Position numbers and translations under genes: made by a program | NCBI RefSeq assembly: GCF_009914755.1 | Contig: NC_060926.1 | DNA length: 64,000 nucleotides | Direction: 5' to 3' (one strand) | Source of the DNA: the human T2T-CHM13v2.0 reference genome, Homo sapiens | Notes under the pieces: generated by a model | The model's database searches: none | What the model saw: only the letters and a program-made list of their open reading frames with translations | Told to the model about the DNA's origin: nothing | Shown here: in pieces, positions 12,867 to 28,676 of the stretch | Numbering within the stretch: position 1 is the stretch's first letter | How the letters are laid out: every line of letters begins with the position of its first letter

Positions 12867-13112
12867 CCCATGAGATAATTGTCTTCAGTGTCCTGGAGGC
12901 CCTCGAGGTGGGCCGGTTGGTAGAATGAGAGGCCCTCCCAGTGGAGGCATGGTGCAGAAACCAGGATTTGGAGCGGGAAGGGGGATTGCTCCACAGCAGT
13001 CAATATTCATGGATCTTCAGGCAGCCATACAAATCCTAGTTCCTACAGAATGGTGAATTTCTTCAACCAGCCATCGTGGAGTATGGCCCCAGTCTGTTAA
13101 CTGCTTAACTTT
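12867..13112 (+). pseudogene. G3BP1: G3BP1 mRNA fragment retrocopy (C-terminal RGG region plus proximal 3'UTR) fused to U6
   Basis: The frame from 12868 reads P*DNCLQCPGGPRGGPVGRMRGPPSGGMVQKPGFGAGRGIAPQQ, versus the recalled G3BP1 C-terminus RRDNRLRGPGGPRGGLGGGMRGPPRGGMVQKPGFGVGRGLAPRQ*. The stop is mutated to TCA (13000-13002), followed by 3'UTR-like ttcatggatcttca..gcagccatacaaa. Confidence 0.88.
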
Positions 13113-13560
13113 GTGTGTTTTAAAAAACAGTCAACCTGGCTGCTGTGTGGAGAACAAATATAAGGAGAAAAAATGAAGGCAAAGGGATTTTAGATGGCTG
13201 GTTTAGAAGCCTATGAATTGGACTAAAGTGAAGGAAGACATGAAGATAGAGACAAGTGGGTGTATTTTACTTTAAAATTAGAATTGACATATTTTACTTA
13301 TATGAGTGGTAAGCATGAATGAGTTATTAAGGATAACTCACATATCAAAAGGGAAACAATGGCATGGATGTTAAGGTTATCAGGTAGGCACAAGCCTGAA
13401 TACAGAGTTGTGATGCACTGAGGAGAAAACTAGGAATATCCTAAATATTTGGGAGTAGTTGACACACAGAGAGAAGGCAGAGCACAATCGGAGGGTTGAG
13501 AAATAGACATGGGGAAAACCAACTCTTCTTTTGTGATATGGACTAATGAGGGAAGCATGG
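13112..13560 (-). mobile_element. L2 LINE fragment
   Basis: tgtgttttaaaaaacagtcaacctggctgctgtgtggagaa ... aaggataactc, typical of antisense L2. Confidence 0.65.
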
Positions 13561-13644
13561 CTACAGATGTGTCATGTTCAACAATGTACCCATTCTATGT
13601 GGGTACCCATAGAAGCCATACACATTAGAAACAAAGATGTTAAC

Positions 13645-13890
13645 TGGTTAGAAGTACAGGTTTTGGAGGCAGACATGTCTGCTACCAGTATCAACATTGC
13701 TGCTTAATATCTGGGTTAGTGACTTGGGGCAACTTATTTAATCTCTCTAAGCGTTTGTTTCTTCATCTTTATTGAGAAGAATAATGCCGGTAGTATTTCC
13801 CTCATTATAAGCTTGTGAAGATCGATAAATATATCACATGAACACGACAAATTATGGTCACTGATACATAGGTAATACTCAGTGAAGGTT
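13645..13890 (+). mobile_element. MIR SINE
   Basis: gtgacttggggcaacttatttaatctctctaagc...tttcttcatct core; 3' acataggtaatactcagt. Confidence 0.75.
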
Positions 13891-16800
13891 TTCTATGACT
13901 ATTAGAGTTCTGTATGTTATTATGATGCAAGAAATCCACAAATGGTTATTAGTGTCCATTAAACCGTACATTATGAAACATAAATAAAACTATATCATAT
14001 GTTTAACATTGTGCTTGGTCCCATTGAGAAAGTATAATAATAAATAAATTAATACTAATTTAATAGTAGTAAATTACATTTGAATGAATTGGAAAAGTAG
14101 AATAGTGCTGAGTAATTCAGGCTTAAAAACTTCCTATTCCATGATAACTCATTAAGTTAAAGACAACATATAAAATATTTACACACCTATTCCCAGGTGA
14201 GAGGCTGGTAATTTTATTAAAAATTTTAAGATTTTCTGGATAATGCATGAATGATGAGGAAACTTTTTTTTCTATTTGGATATAAATTTGGTTTCTTTTT
14301 ATAATAAAATTTCAATATGTCCTATTGTCTTTTTTGTCTTAGCTAAATGGATTACTTCTATTTATAATTCCTCCAGAAATCAGTGAACTTTATCTTGAGA
14401 AATGAAAGATCAAATAGATGATATAGAGAAACAACTCTTTTACCTTCAAATAGGAAATGTAAACTGATAGGAGTCATTGTATTCCAGTCTTCTGGTCTGG
14501 AATAACAGTAACTAAATTCATTTGGTTAGTTACACATAAAAAAAGGAACAACTAGTACTGCTTTAGGTACTATAATATGTTTATCCACTTCATAATAGTT
14601 TGACATACACATCCTCTTGGTCCACGTTCAGATATTTGACTAACCCCTTTTTAATTTGATATTTCCTAGGGAATGAAATTTTTATTCATTTACAAATTCA
14701 TTCAACTGACCCATTTGTATTCTGAACAACTGATTTTGTAATCTGAGTTCTATGTTTTCAATATCCAAATGTCATTAGTTTTGGCACAGTTTTACAGTGT
14801 TCATGCTCCTATATTCTTAGTAAGTGGATCTAACAGTTTAACAGTAACCAATATTCTGTTCTGCACGTTCATTCTCTTGCCATGTTATACTCTTGCTTTT
14901 GCAAGACTGTCTTATATTCTTGTGATTCCTAGTCTGTCATGAGCATTTTGCAGTTGAGGAAGTTATTTCCCCAAGGAGTTTCAAATGAGGATCTCTGTCT
15001 TTTAACTTCAAACATTACAAAAAGCCCTACGTCAAAATTTCGGTTCATTTCATGTAGGAATTGGACTGTATTATTTAGTGCTCTTGTCTTTTAAAGTTTA
15101 AATTATTATCAAAGTAATTTTAACCATTTGATCTCTTTTGTGATTTTTTTTCATTTTAGGTAAAATTATTTATTAATATCATTATTTCTTAAGTCATGAG
15201 TTATAATGTTCAAACTGCTTTAGATTTAAATGGAAAGAGGTAAGTTCATTTTCTGTATGTTTTTCTGACTTAAAGCAAACATTTTACTTAGAATAAAATA
15301 GAGCACCACTTTATCATAAGCATAGTTAATCTGACCCCCTCTGAATAAAAGAAAGCCTCATCGAAATTATGTTTATTAGGTATCATATTTTTAAAGAGTA
15401 AAACTGCCTTGGAGACAGGATCTCTGGGCTTGAACTTCACCTCTTTTTGTAATACCCTAAATTTTTCATAGTAATTATTTTTCTCAAAGCTTCAAACCAA
15501 ATTACTTAAGAAAAAATATATTACTAAGATAATAATAATATTATGAATATTGTCCAGGAAAGCAAAATGTATACAGTATAGTCCTATTTTTTCTGCTGTT
15601 ATTTAGTCATATGTCCCTGCCAAAAATCAATCTCTGGGAAGGAAGTTTTCTCATCTCTAAAGGTTTTGAATAGATGACTTCTAAAATTACCTTCAGATCC
15701 AAAAGCCTCTGATTATTTATTCAAGAAAATTGCTTGCTAGGTACAGGAAAATCACCTATTTTTTGAAAAAGATTTAGGAATGAGAATTATAGTGTTTCTT
15801 ATAATCAACATTCTACTTTACATACAGTATTATCAATTGTTATTTCTAAATTATTTAAAATTTTTACATCGTTCCTAATATATCTATTCCAATTGAATAT
15901 TTTTTGGATCACTTGTATGATTCTATGTTGTTTTACCCACTGTCTGTTAGTGTAAATTCTAGATAAAAGCAGGGTGTGTTATAATATGTATGAGGCATTT
16001 AATTTCCCAGTGTGGCTTTCTTAATGAGATTTTTTAATATTAGGAAATTAAGTGAGCTACACAAAATGGAATAATTTTTAGAGCACAGATTATTTATATT
16101 AAATATCACAGTACAAAATATATCATTACTTGTCATTATTACAGTGAGCACAAAATGCTTGCAATATACCAATGATCAGTTGGATGCAAACTTGAATTTT
16201 ACCGAAGAATCTCACAGGAATGGAACTTCACCTCACTAAGCTACTCTTTTTCCTTAAGTCAGCTGTTCAAATAGTGAAATTATTATTACCCAATATGTCA
16301 CTATGAATACTATTTTACAATATAGCTCCAACATCAATTGCTTCCTTCTTAAACCAACTCTTATTTCGCATTTCTTTAGGGCAATGTAATTTCTATGTGG
16401 GTTGCTAGTTATTTATATACAGACTGAGAATAAACAATCCCTTACCTTTGCTACTTGCAGAGGGTTGGGCGCGAACCAGTCTAGTGGGATGTTTCCAGGG
16501 GAGGCTTAAAGTAAACAAAATGGTTACTGGAACTCGCTGACATAAAGTTACCTCAAGAACCAAAGAGTAGCTACACACCAAAGAATAGAAAGCATTGAGG
16601 GTAAAATGAGAGAAGCAGGATTTCAAATGGCCACAGGAGGGTAAATGGTTTGAAACCAGAGAAAAACTAAAAGATAACAAGTTTGAAAGAGCCTGAAAAA
16701 AAGTAGGGAGTGAGAGAGAACAAGAACCAGTCCGGAAACAGAGTAAATGTGTCTTCTTCAGGGCATACCTCATATCAAATTGAATTAAATACTCTTACTA

Positions 16801-17894
16801 ATATTGCTCAGAAAGTTCTAGTTTTAAGGCACAGATTGAGAATGAAAATTAGAGCTCCTTAAGCAACATGACATATTTGCCTACCAATCTTTACATTTGA
16901 ATACCTGAGCTTGGCATATAACGTAATGAAGGACAATAAGTAAACAGAGAAAAATGGAAGGATGAACGGGGATAAAAGATACAGAAAGCAATACTTTAAA
17001 GGGCAAAGAGAGAACTAAGAAGAAACAGGGAATGCAGCTAAGACTGAAGAGTCTCTAATCTTGTAGATACAAGCAAAACATCAAAGTAAATCTTTTGTGC
17101 AATATATTTTCACAGTTTAATTACAATCCCATTAACTGTTCTGTTCCTTAACTTCTACTGTAGTTTACAGGTAGCCTAATGAAAATTGAATAATTTAATC
17201 CTCTCTTACCACATAACTTGATCCCATGCTTTTTTGTCCAGCCACTAGCTGATAATAAACATGGGAAATAGATATAGAAGTTTATTTCATTATTTTTTCT
17301 CAGTTGAATTGTGTCAAGTCTCTAGCAGTATGAAGTTGTAGCTGTGTAATTCTTTGACTGCCTTAGATTATACTCATAAATCCAAGATAAGCATTTGTGA
17401 TACATGTAATTTTGCACAGACATTTTGTCAAAAGACAAAGTTTGCTAAGCAAAAATCTGGAACAATTTTTAAAAATTGTGTTTTGAATGAGATAATATGA
17501 TTAGATGAGTGATAATTAGAAGTCAGATAACTTGGTATAATTTTGAATCAAAAATTTTCACTTTTTAAACTTTTATTTTTAAAAATCGTTTATTGGTTAT
17601 CTCATCTATAAAATTATCTCATCCGTAAAACTGGAATACTAGCATTTGTTTTGGATACTTCAGAATGTCATTTTTAAGAACCTATGAGTAAGGTTCTTAA
17701 TAAAATGGAAAAGCATTATGAACTACTTAAAATGTTATGCAAGTTAAGATCAAATACTTAACTATTATTGGCATGTCACAGATATTTCAAAGAAACTAGT
17801 AGATTTAAGGATGCATATTTATTTTAAATCCAGTTAAATTTATTTGTTCCTCGTTATTGTTAATGGATTAAAAAACATCAAATACTCATTTTCG

Positions 17895-18189
<295 letters not shown>

Positions 18190-18414
18190 TCATTTTTATA
18201 GTGAATAGTTGTTTTAATTTACAGAAACTTGCATCTGTACAAGTCATTCAAACATTTATATCATTATATTATCCCTTCAGTTATGTTCTGAATATTAAAT
18301 GTAGCCCTAGATAAAATGTATAACAGAAAGTCTATCACAAATTTATGATTTTATTATTAATATTTTTCTACAAGTTTATAGGGTGCAAGAAAAATTTTAA
18401 GTGGTGGTAGGTCA

Positions 18415-18565
18415 TGAATAGACATTTCTTTTAAAAAAGGCATACAAATGGCCAACAGGTGAATGAAAAACTGCTCAACATCACTAATCATTAGAGAAAT
18501 GCAAATAAAAACCACAATGAGATAATTGTCTTATCCAGTCAGAATGGCTATTATTAAAAAGTTAA
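18415..18565 (+). mobile_element. L1M ORF2 3' fragment
   Basis: atacaaatggccaacagg...tgctcaacatcactaatcattagagaaatgcaaat...cagaatggctattattaaaaag. Confidence 0.8.
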
Positions 18566-19790
18566 TGACATTCTCTTGGATGGGCTAAGCAACTTATTTT
18601 GGCATATACCTAATATTAAAAAATGAAGCCTAAGCTTACTATCAGAGTGATTATTTCAGTTTTCTTTTAAAAGTACTTATCTAAGCTTGTATATGAAAGT
18701 TACAAAAAAGATAAAACATCATCATATTTAAAATCTCAGATAAATATTTTATCTTTTTTTGTTGTTATTTTTGTTGCTAGCTCCTCTCTCCACCTCCATG
18801 TATTCACTTGAAACAGCCTAGGTCAATAGCTGCAGAATTTTTTTTTTCGTACCCCAGTGGCACCTGGAACACCAGCGAGACAGAACCTTTCACTCCCCTG
18901 GAAAGGGGGCTGAAGCCAGGGAGCCAAGTGAGTGGTCTCACGCAGCAGGTCCCACTCCCACAGAGCCCAGCAACCTAAGAACCACTGGCTTGAAATTCTC
19001 ACTGCCAGCCCAAGCAGTCTGAAGTCAACTTTGGATGCTTGAGCCTGGCAGGGAGAGGGGCGTCCACCATTACTGAGGCTTGAGTAGGTGGTTTTCCCCT
19101 GAAAATGCTAAGGCCAGGAAGTTCAGACTGGACAGAACTCACCACAACTCGGCAAAGTGGCTGTGGCCAGACTGCCTCTCTAGACTCCTCTTCACTGGGC
19201 AGGGCATCTCTGAAAAGAAGGCATCAGCCCCAGTCAGGGGCTTATAGATAAAACTCCCATCTCCCTGGGACAGAGCACCTGGGGGAAGGGGTGGCTGGGG
19301 GCACAGCTTCAGTAGACTTAAATGTTCCTGCCTGCTGGCTCTGAAGAGAGCAGCAGATCATGACAAGGAGAATTCTCCCAGCACAGCACTGGAGCTCTGC
19401 TAAGGCACAGACTGCCTCCTCAAGTGGGTCCCTGACCGCTGTGCCTCCTGACTGGGAGAGATCTCCCAGCAGGGGTCGACAGACACCTCATACAGGAGAG
19501 CTCTGGCTAGCATCAGGCCAGTGCCCCTCTGGGATTGAAGGTTCCAGAGGAAGGAGCAGGCAGCAGTCATTGCTCTTCTGCAAGATCTGCTGGTGATACC
19601 TAGGCAAACAGGGTCTGGAGTGGACCTCCAGCAAACTGCAGCAGACCTGCAGAAGAGAGGCCTGACTATTAGAAGAAAAATTAACAGAAAGAAAGCAATA
19701 ACATCAACATTAACAAAAAAGTACAGCCAACCAAAAACCCCATCCAAAGGTCATCAGCCTCAAAGATCAAAGGTAGATAAATCCATGAAG

Positions 19791-20830
19791 ATGAGGAAAA
19801 AACAGCGCAAAAATGCTGAAAATTCCAAAAACCAGAATACCTATTCTCCTCCAAGTGATCACAACTTCCGTCTAGCAAGGGAAGAAAACTGGATGGAGAA
19901 TGAGTTTGACAAATTGACAGAAGTAGGATTCAGAAGGTGGGTAATAACGAACTCCTCTGAACTAAAGGAGCATGTTCCAACCCAATGCAAGGAAGCTCAG
20001 AACCTTGATAAAAGGTTACAGGAACTGCTAACTAGAATAACTAGTTTAGAGAAGAACATAAATGACCTGATGGAGCTGAAAAACACAATACGAGAACTTC
20101 GTAAAGCATACACAAGTATAAATAGCCAAATCAATCAAGCAGAAGACAGGAAATCAGAGATTGAAGATACACTTACTGAAATAAGGCATGAAGACAAGAT
20201 TAGAGAAAAAAGAATAAAAGAGAATGAACAAAGCCTCCAAGAAATATGGGACTATGTGAAAAGACCAAACCTGTGATTCATTGGTTTACCTGAAAGTGAT
20301 GGGGAGAGTGGAACGAATGGAACCAGGCTGGAAATCACACTTCAGGATTTTATTGAGGAGAACGTCCCCAACCTAGAAAGACAGGCCAACATTCAAATTC
20401 TGGTAATAATACAGAGAAAATCACTAAGATTCTCCTTGGGAAGAGCAACCCAAAGACACGTAATCATCAGATTCTCCAAGGTTGAAATGAAGGAAAAAAA
20501 TGTTGAGGGTGGCCAGAGATAAAGGTCAGGTTAACTACAAAGGGAAGCCCATTAGACTAATAGCAGATCTCTCTGCAGAAACCCTACAAGCCAGAAGAGA
20601 GTGAGGGCCTATATTCAACATTATTAAAGAAAAGAATGTTCAACCCAAAATTTCATATCCTGCCAAACTAAGCTTCATAAGCAAAGGAGAAATAAAATCC
20701 TTTACAGACAAGCAAATGCTGAGGGATTTTTGTCACTATCCGGCCTGTCTTACAAGAGCTCCTGAAGGAAACACCAATTATGGAAAGGAAAAACCGGTAC
20801 CAGCCATTGCAAAAACACACCAATATATAA
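19791..20830 (+). pseudogene. L1 ORF1p remnant (open to a stop at 20274-20276, then frameshifted)
   Basis: MRKKQRKNAENSKNQ...EQSLQEIWDYVKRPNL*. Confidence 0.9.
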
Positions 20831-20893
20831 AGACCAATGATACTATGAAGAAACTGCATCAACCAGTGTGCAAAATAACCAGCTAGCATCATA

Positions 20894-24311
<3,418 letters not shown>

Positions 24312-24829
24312 ACAGTGAGAACACATGGACACAGGGAGGGGAACATCACACCCCATGGCCTGTTGGGGGGTGGGGGACAAGGAGAGGGAGAGCATTAGGA
24401 CAAATACCTAACGCATTTGGGGCTTAAAACCTTGATGACAGGTAGATAGGTGCAGCAAACCACCATGGCACATGTATACTATGTAACAAACCTGCACATT
24501 CTGCACATGTATCCCAGAACCTAAAGTAAAATTTTTAAAAAAGTAATATATATATACCTCTAAAATAAAAGAAATAGCCTAGCTCATTTTGTATTTTTCT
24601 CTTTTTCAAATGTGTTCACTTTTTAATTTGTTTTTCCAAAAAAGACATTATTAAATAAGGGAAAGCTATTTCTGTAGTGTTTTTTCCAAAAGTTTTAATA
24701 GAATATAACATGAAGTCGTCTATTTTTGAGGCTGTATGAGGGTATTTGCCCCTCATTTTTCCTGTCACCGGTTTTTAAAAATATTTTGAATTAAAAGCTT
24801 TATTCTTCTTATAATCAGTTAACTTTTTA

Positions 24830-25700
24830 CATTTTTATTATGAAAATATAAAATTATATATAAAGTAATATGATACTCAGTGTGTACCTATGCTGAAAAT
24901 AAACTAGTGTTTACAATTTGCCATATTTGTTTCAGATATCTTTTTAAAAATAAAATACAGTATTAGAGAGTCTAATAAAGCCCCACTGCTTTCCTTCAAA
25001 CCCAGCAGTCCTCATAAATTAATAATATCCTAATGTTGATATGCATCATATTCATGTATGTTTTTAAATTTTTACCTTATTTGGTGGTAGCATTAATAAA
25101 ACATTTGAATTATTATTTTTAAACATACATAAATGAGATCATATGGTAAATATTGTTATATACTGTTTGAATTTTTCATATAATATTATGGTTCTGAAAT
25201 ATATACATGTTTAAACATTTAGAAGAAGTTTATTTCAATTAGCCTTTATGGTTCTCTTCTGCGAAAACATCAGATAACTTTGCAGTTCCCTATTGCAGAC
25301 AGCCAGGTGTTTTTCATGTTTTCATCATTTCAAATAGTAATCGATATCATCTATATGTTTTCATATATATATTTCGTATATATAATATATATTTTATATA
25401 TATTATATATTTTTGTGTATAATATATATATTTCATATATATTATATATTTTTATGTATAATATATATATTTCATATATATTATATATATTAGATATCAA
25501 ATTATTCTCCCAAGTTGTTTTAAGTATATACACACCCTCAACAATATCTAATGAATTTTTTTTCATGCACAGCAGCACTTGGTCATTTTAGACATACACA
25601 TTTTTTCCAGTGTTAAGAGTGTGCATACATATTTTATTTTAATCTGCATTTCTTTGTCTAGAGACATAAGATATCCTCTCCTGAGTCTGTTGTCAAAAAA
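24830..25700 (-). mobile_element. Old L1ME-type 3' region
   Basis: ttgccatatttgtttcagat, ttattctcccaagttgttttaagtatatacacaccctcaac, tttaatctgcatttctttg. Confidence 0.5.
25355..25492. repeat. AT-rich minisatellite, ~39-bp unit x ~3, units nearly palindromic
   Basis: Unit gtataatatatatatttcatatatattatatat at 25417 and 25456, with a related copy upstream. Confidence 0.85.
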
Positions 25701-26122
25701 TTTAACTTTCCTTTTGCTTCTGAGAATTTTCAAGTTCCATGGAAAGCCATGTTGAATTTTTACTGTGCTTGCTTTTGATTTATAATTTTATAGCTAATTA
25801 TTTTTCATTTACAATGCAGAAATATATTTTTAAATTTTAACTTCGAGTATGAATATTTATTTATTAGTATTCAATGATATTTTATTTCATAGATGTCAAA
25901 GAATGAAGTCTATAAGCTTTTATCCTATGATAATTGTTAAGGTTTGTATTTTCTCCATGACATAGAAATTGTTAGTTTGTCTAAATATTCTGAAATATTT
26001 TAAAGTACATGTTCTATTTAGTGGGTAGGAAAATATATATGTATTTAATAATATATGAAAGCCTTAAAAATATTTGTTTTTTTTTAAATAACAGAGTGTT
26101 AAGGTTTCTATTTGAAATCTAT

Positions 26123-26142
26123 ACACACACACACACACACAC
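26123..26142. repeat. (CA)n microsatellite abutting the Tigger TIR
   Basis: acacacacacacacacacac. Confidence 0.9.
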
Positions 26143-26642
26143 AGTTGACCCTTAAACAACACAGGGGTTAGGGGTGCCATTCTTCTATGTAGTTGAAAAC
26201 GCCTGTGTCACTTTAATGTCTCCAAAAACTTAACTACTGATAGCCTACTTTTGACTAGAAGCCTTACTGATAACATATGCAGTCAATTAACACATACTTT
26301 GTATGTTATGTGTATTGTATACTGTATTCTTACAATGAAGTAAGCTAAAGAACAAAATGTTATTAAGAAAATCATAAAAAGTCATTATTTACTATTCATT
26401 AAGTGGAAGTAGATCATTATAAGTGTCTTCATCCTCGTTGTCTTCATGTTGAATAGGCTGAGAAGGAAGAGGAAGAGGAGGGTTGGCTCTTGCTCTCTCA
26501 GGGGTGGCAGAGGCAAACGAGATGAAGGATGTGGAAGGGGAGGCAGGAGAGGTAGGCACACTGAGTATCACTTTTATTGAAAAAAAATCCATGTGTAAAT
26601 GGACCTGCTCAGTTCAAATTCATGTTATTCAAGGATAAGCTA
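26142..26642 (-). mobile_element. Tigger2a/MER28-like Tc1-mariner DNA transposon derivative
   Basis: TIRs cagttgacccttaaacaacac and catgttattcaaggataagcta; internal gaaggaagaggaagaggagggttgg and ggcaggagaggtaggcacact. Confidence 0.85.
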
Positions 26643-27200
26643 CATATATATGTGTGTGAGTGTTTGTGTGTATGCAAATCCATCCATATATATATATATT
26701 TATGTGACCCAGGGATATACAAGTTAAGCATTTTTATACTTTATTGGTTATTTATTTATTACCTTTAGATAGCACACTTCTTTCTGTTTGCAACTTTAAT
26801 TTGTTTGCCTATAACTTCAATTGTTTAATTTCTGTGGATTGATTTCTACTAACATATTATGTGCTATTTATATTTATATTTTTGTTTGAATCATTTGGAT
26901 TAACCCAGTATTATTTTCAGTTTTCTTTGTTCTCTTTCACTTTACTGTTTTGAAAATTATGCATTCAACTTATTTCAGTGTTTATCTTTAAATTTTCAAC
27001 AGACATATCAACAATGTCTAATGTTAATCGATATTTCTTTATTTCCTCTGACTATATGGAGTTCGGTGTACTTCAGTGGCCAGCAATCACTTCTGTTATC
27101 CATATTGTGTATCATTTGGGTTATTATTATTATTATAAAATTAAAATTCATTTAGAAAAAGCCTCTTTTCCAGAATTACTCTCTGTTAGTATTTTTTTAA

Positions 27201-27632
<432 letters not shown>

Positions 27633-27899
27633 TTAGATTCTTCACTTCTTAAAAGCCTGTCATTCTCATTCGAAATGACAAATCATCAAAGTCAAAAAAG
27701 TAATATTTACTTACGAAAAACCCATCCAATCAAAACCTCTATTTAAATTTTGTCAGTTTTCTCTAGAATGTCATGTATAGTTAGAATTGAATTCAAGAGA
27801 GCATGTTGAATCTAGTGTTTCTTACCCTATGTTTCAATTTAAATTGAACCTATGTTTCAATTTAAAATTATTTCTGTCTTATTTATCTCTCATGAACTT

Positions 27900-28570
27900 G
27901 ACATTTGTGGTTTTAATTTTCACCTGCCTAGTGACTAACAGTGTTGAGCATCTTTTTATTTGCTTAATTGCTTTCTTTATCTTCTTTGGTGAAGAACCTG
28001 TTCAAGAATTTCACACATTTTTATTGTACTGCTTGATTTTTTTTAATTATTGACTTTTGAGGGTTCCTTATCAAATAAGTGTTTTGCAAATATTTTATGC
28101 TACAATAAGACTTAGTCTTAAAAATATCTTCAAAAAAAACAGAAGCTTTTTATTTAAATTAAGACAAATTAGTCATATTTAAAAAATGATTTGTGCTCTT
28201 CATATCATGTATAAGAATAGTTTTCTAATTACAAAACACAAACATATTCTACTATAATGTATTTTAGAAGTTCTACGTTTTAGGATTCACATCTGTGTCT
28301 TTGTTCCATTTGGTGATCATTTATGCATGTGGAGCAAAGCATAAATATAATTTTATATATTTACATATGGATATCCCTATAGGTATCTTTTTATTTATTC
28401 AACGTTATTGGTTGAAATAAATATTTTCTTCTCCTTTGAATTAACTTAGTGCCTTTGTTGAAAATCAGTTAAAGATACATGATGTGCAGGCCTACTTCTG
28501 AACTTTCTCTTCTACTTCATTGATCCATTTTATATCCTTATATATTTACTGTCTTGATTACTATAGTTTG
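27900..28570 (-). mobile_element. L1M ORF2 fragment
   Basis: gtgttgagcatctttttatttgcttaattg, gtgcctttgttgaaaatcagtt, ctgtcttgattactatagttt. Confidence 0.75.
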
Positions 28571-28572
28571 AA

Positions 28573-28674
28573 CATGTTCGGCCAGGCTGGTCTCAAGCTC
28601 CTGACCTCAGATGATCTGCCTGAATCGGCCTCCCAAAGTGCAGGGATTACAGGCAGGAGCCACCGCTCCCGGCC
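28573..28674 (-). mobile_element. AluS left-arm fragment (3' part and tail missing)
   Basis: catgttcggccaggctggtctcaagctcctgacctcag...gagccaccgctcccggcc. Confidence 0.9.
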
Positions 28675-28676
28675 CA

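Noticed and set aside
13273-13285. aaaattagaattg as the 3' TSD of the U6 chimera
   Set aside because: Only a partial match, lies inside the older L2 sequence, and has no A tail before it.
15223-15246. Possible 16-nt micro-exon (tag|ATTTAAATGGAAAGAG|gtaagt)
   Set aside because: Good donor but weak acceptor context, no partner exons and no supporting frame.
19593-20276. 227-aa ORF as a novel gene
   Set aside because: It is L1 5'UTR read into ORF1p and ends at a premature stop.
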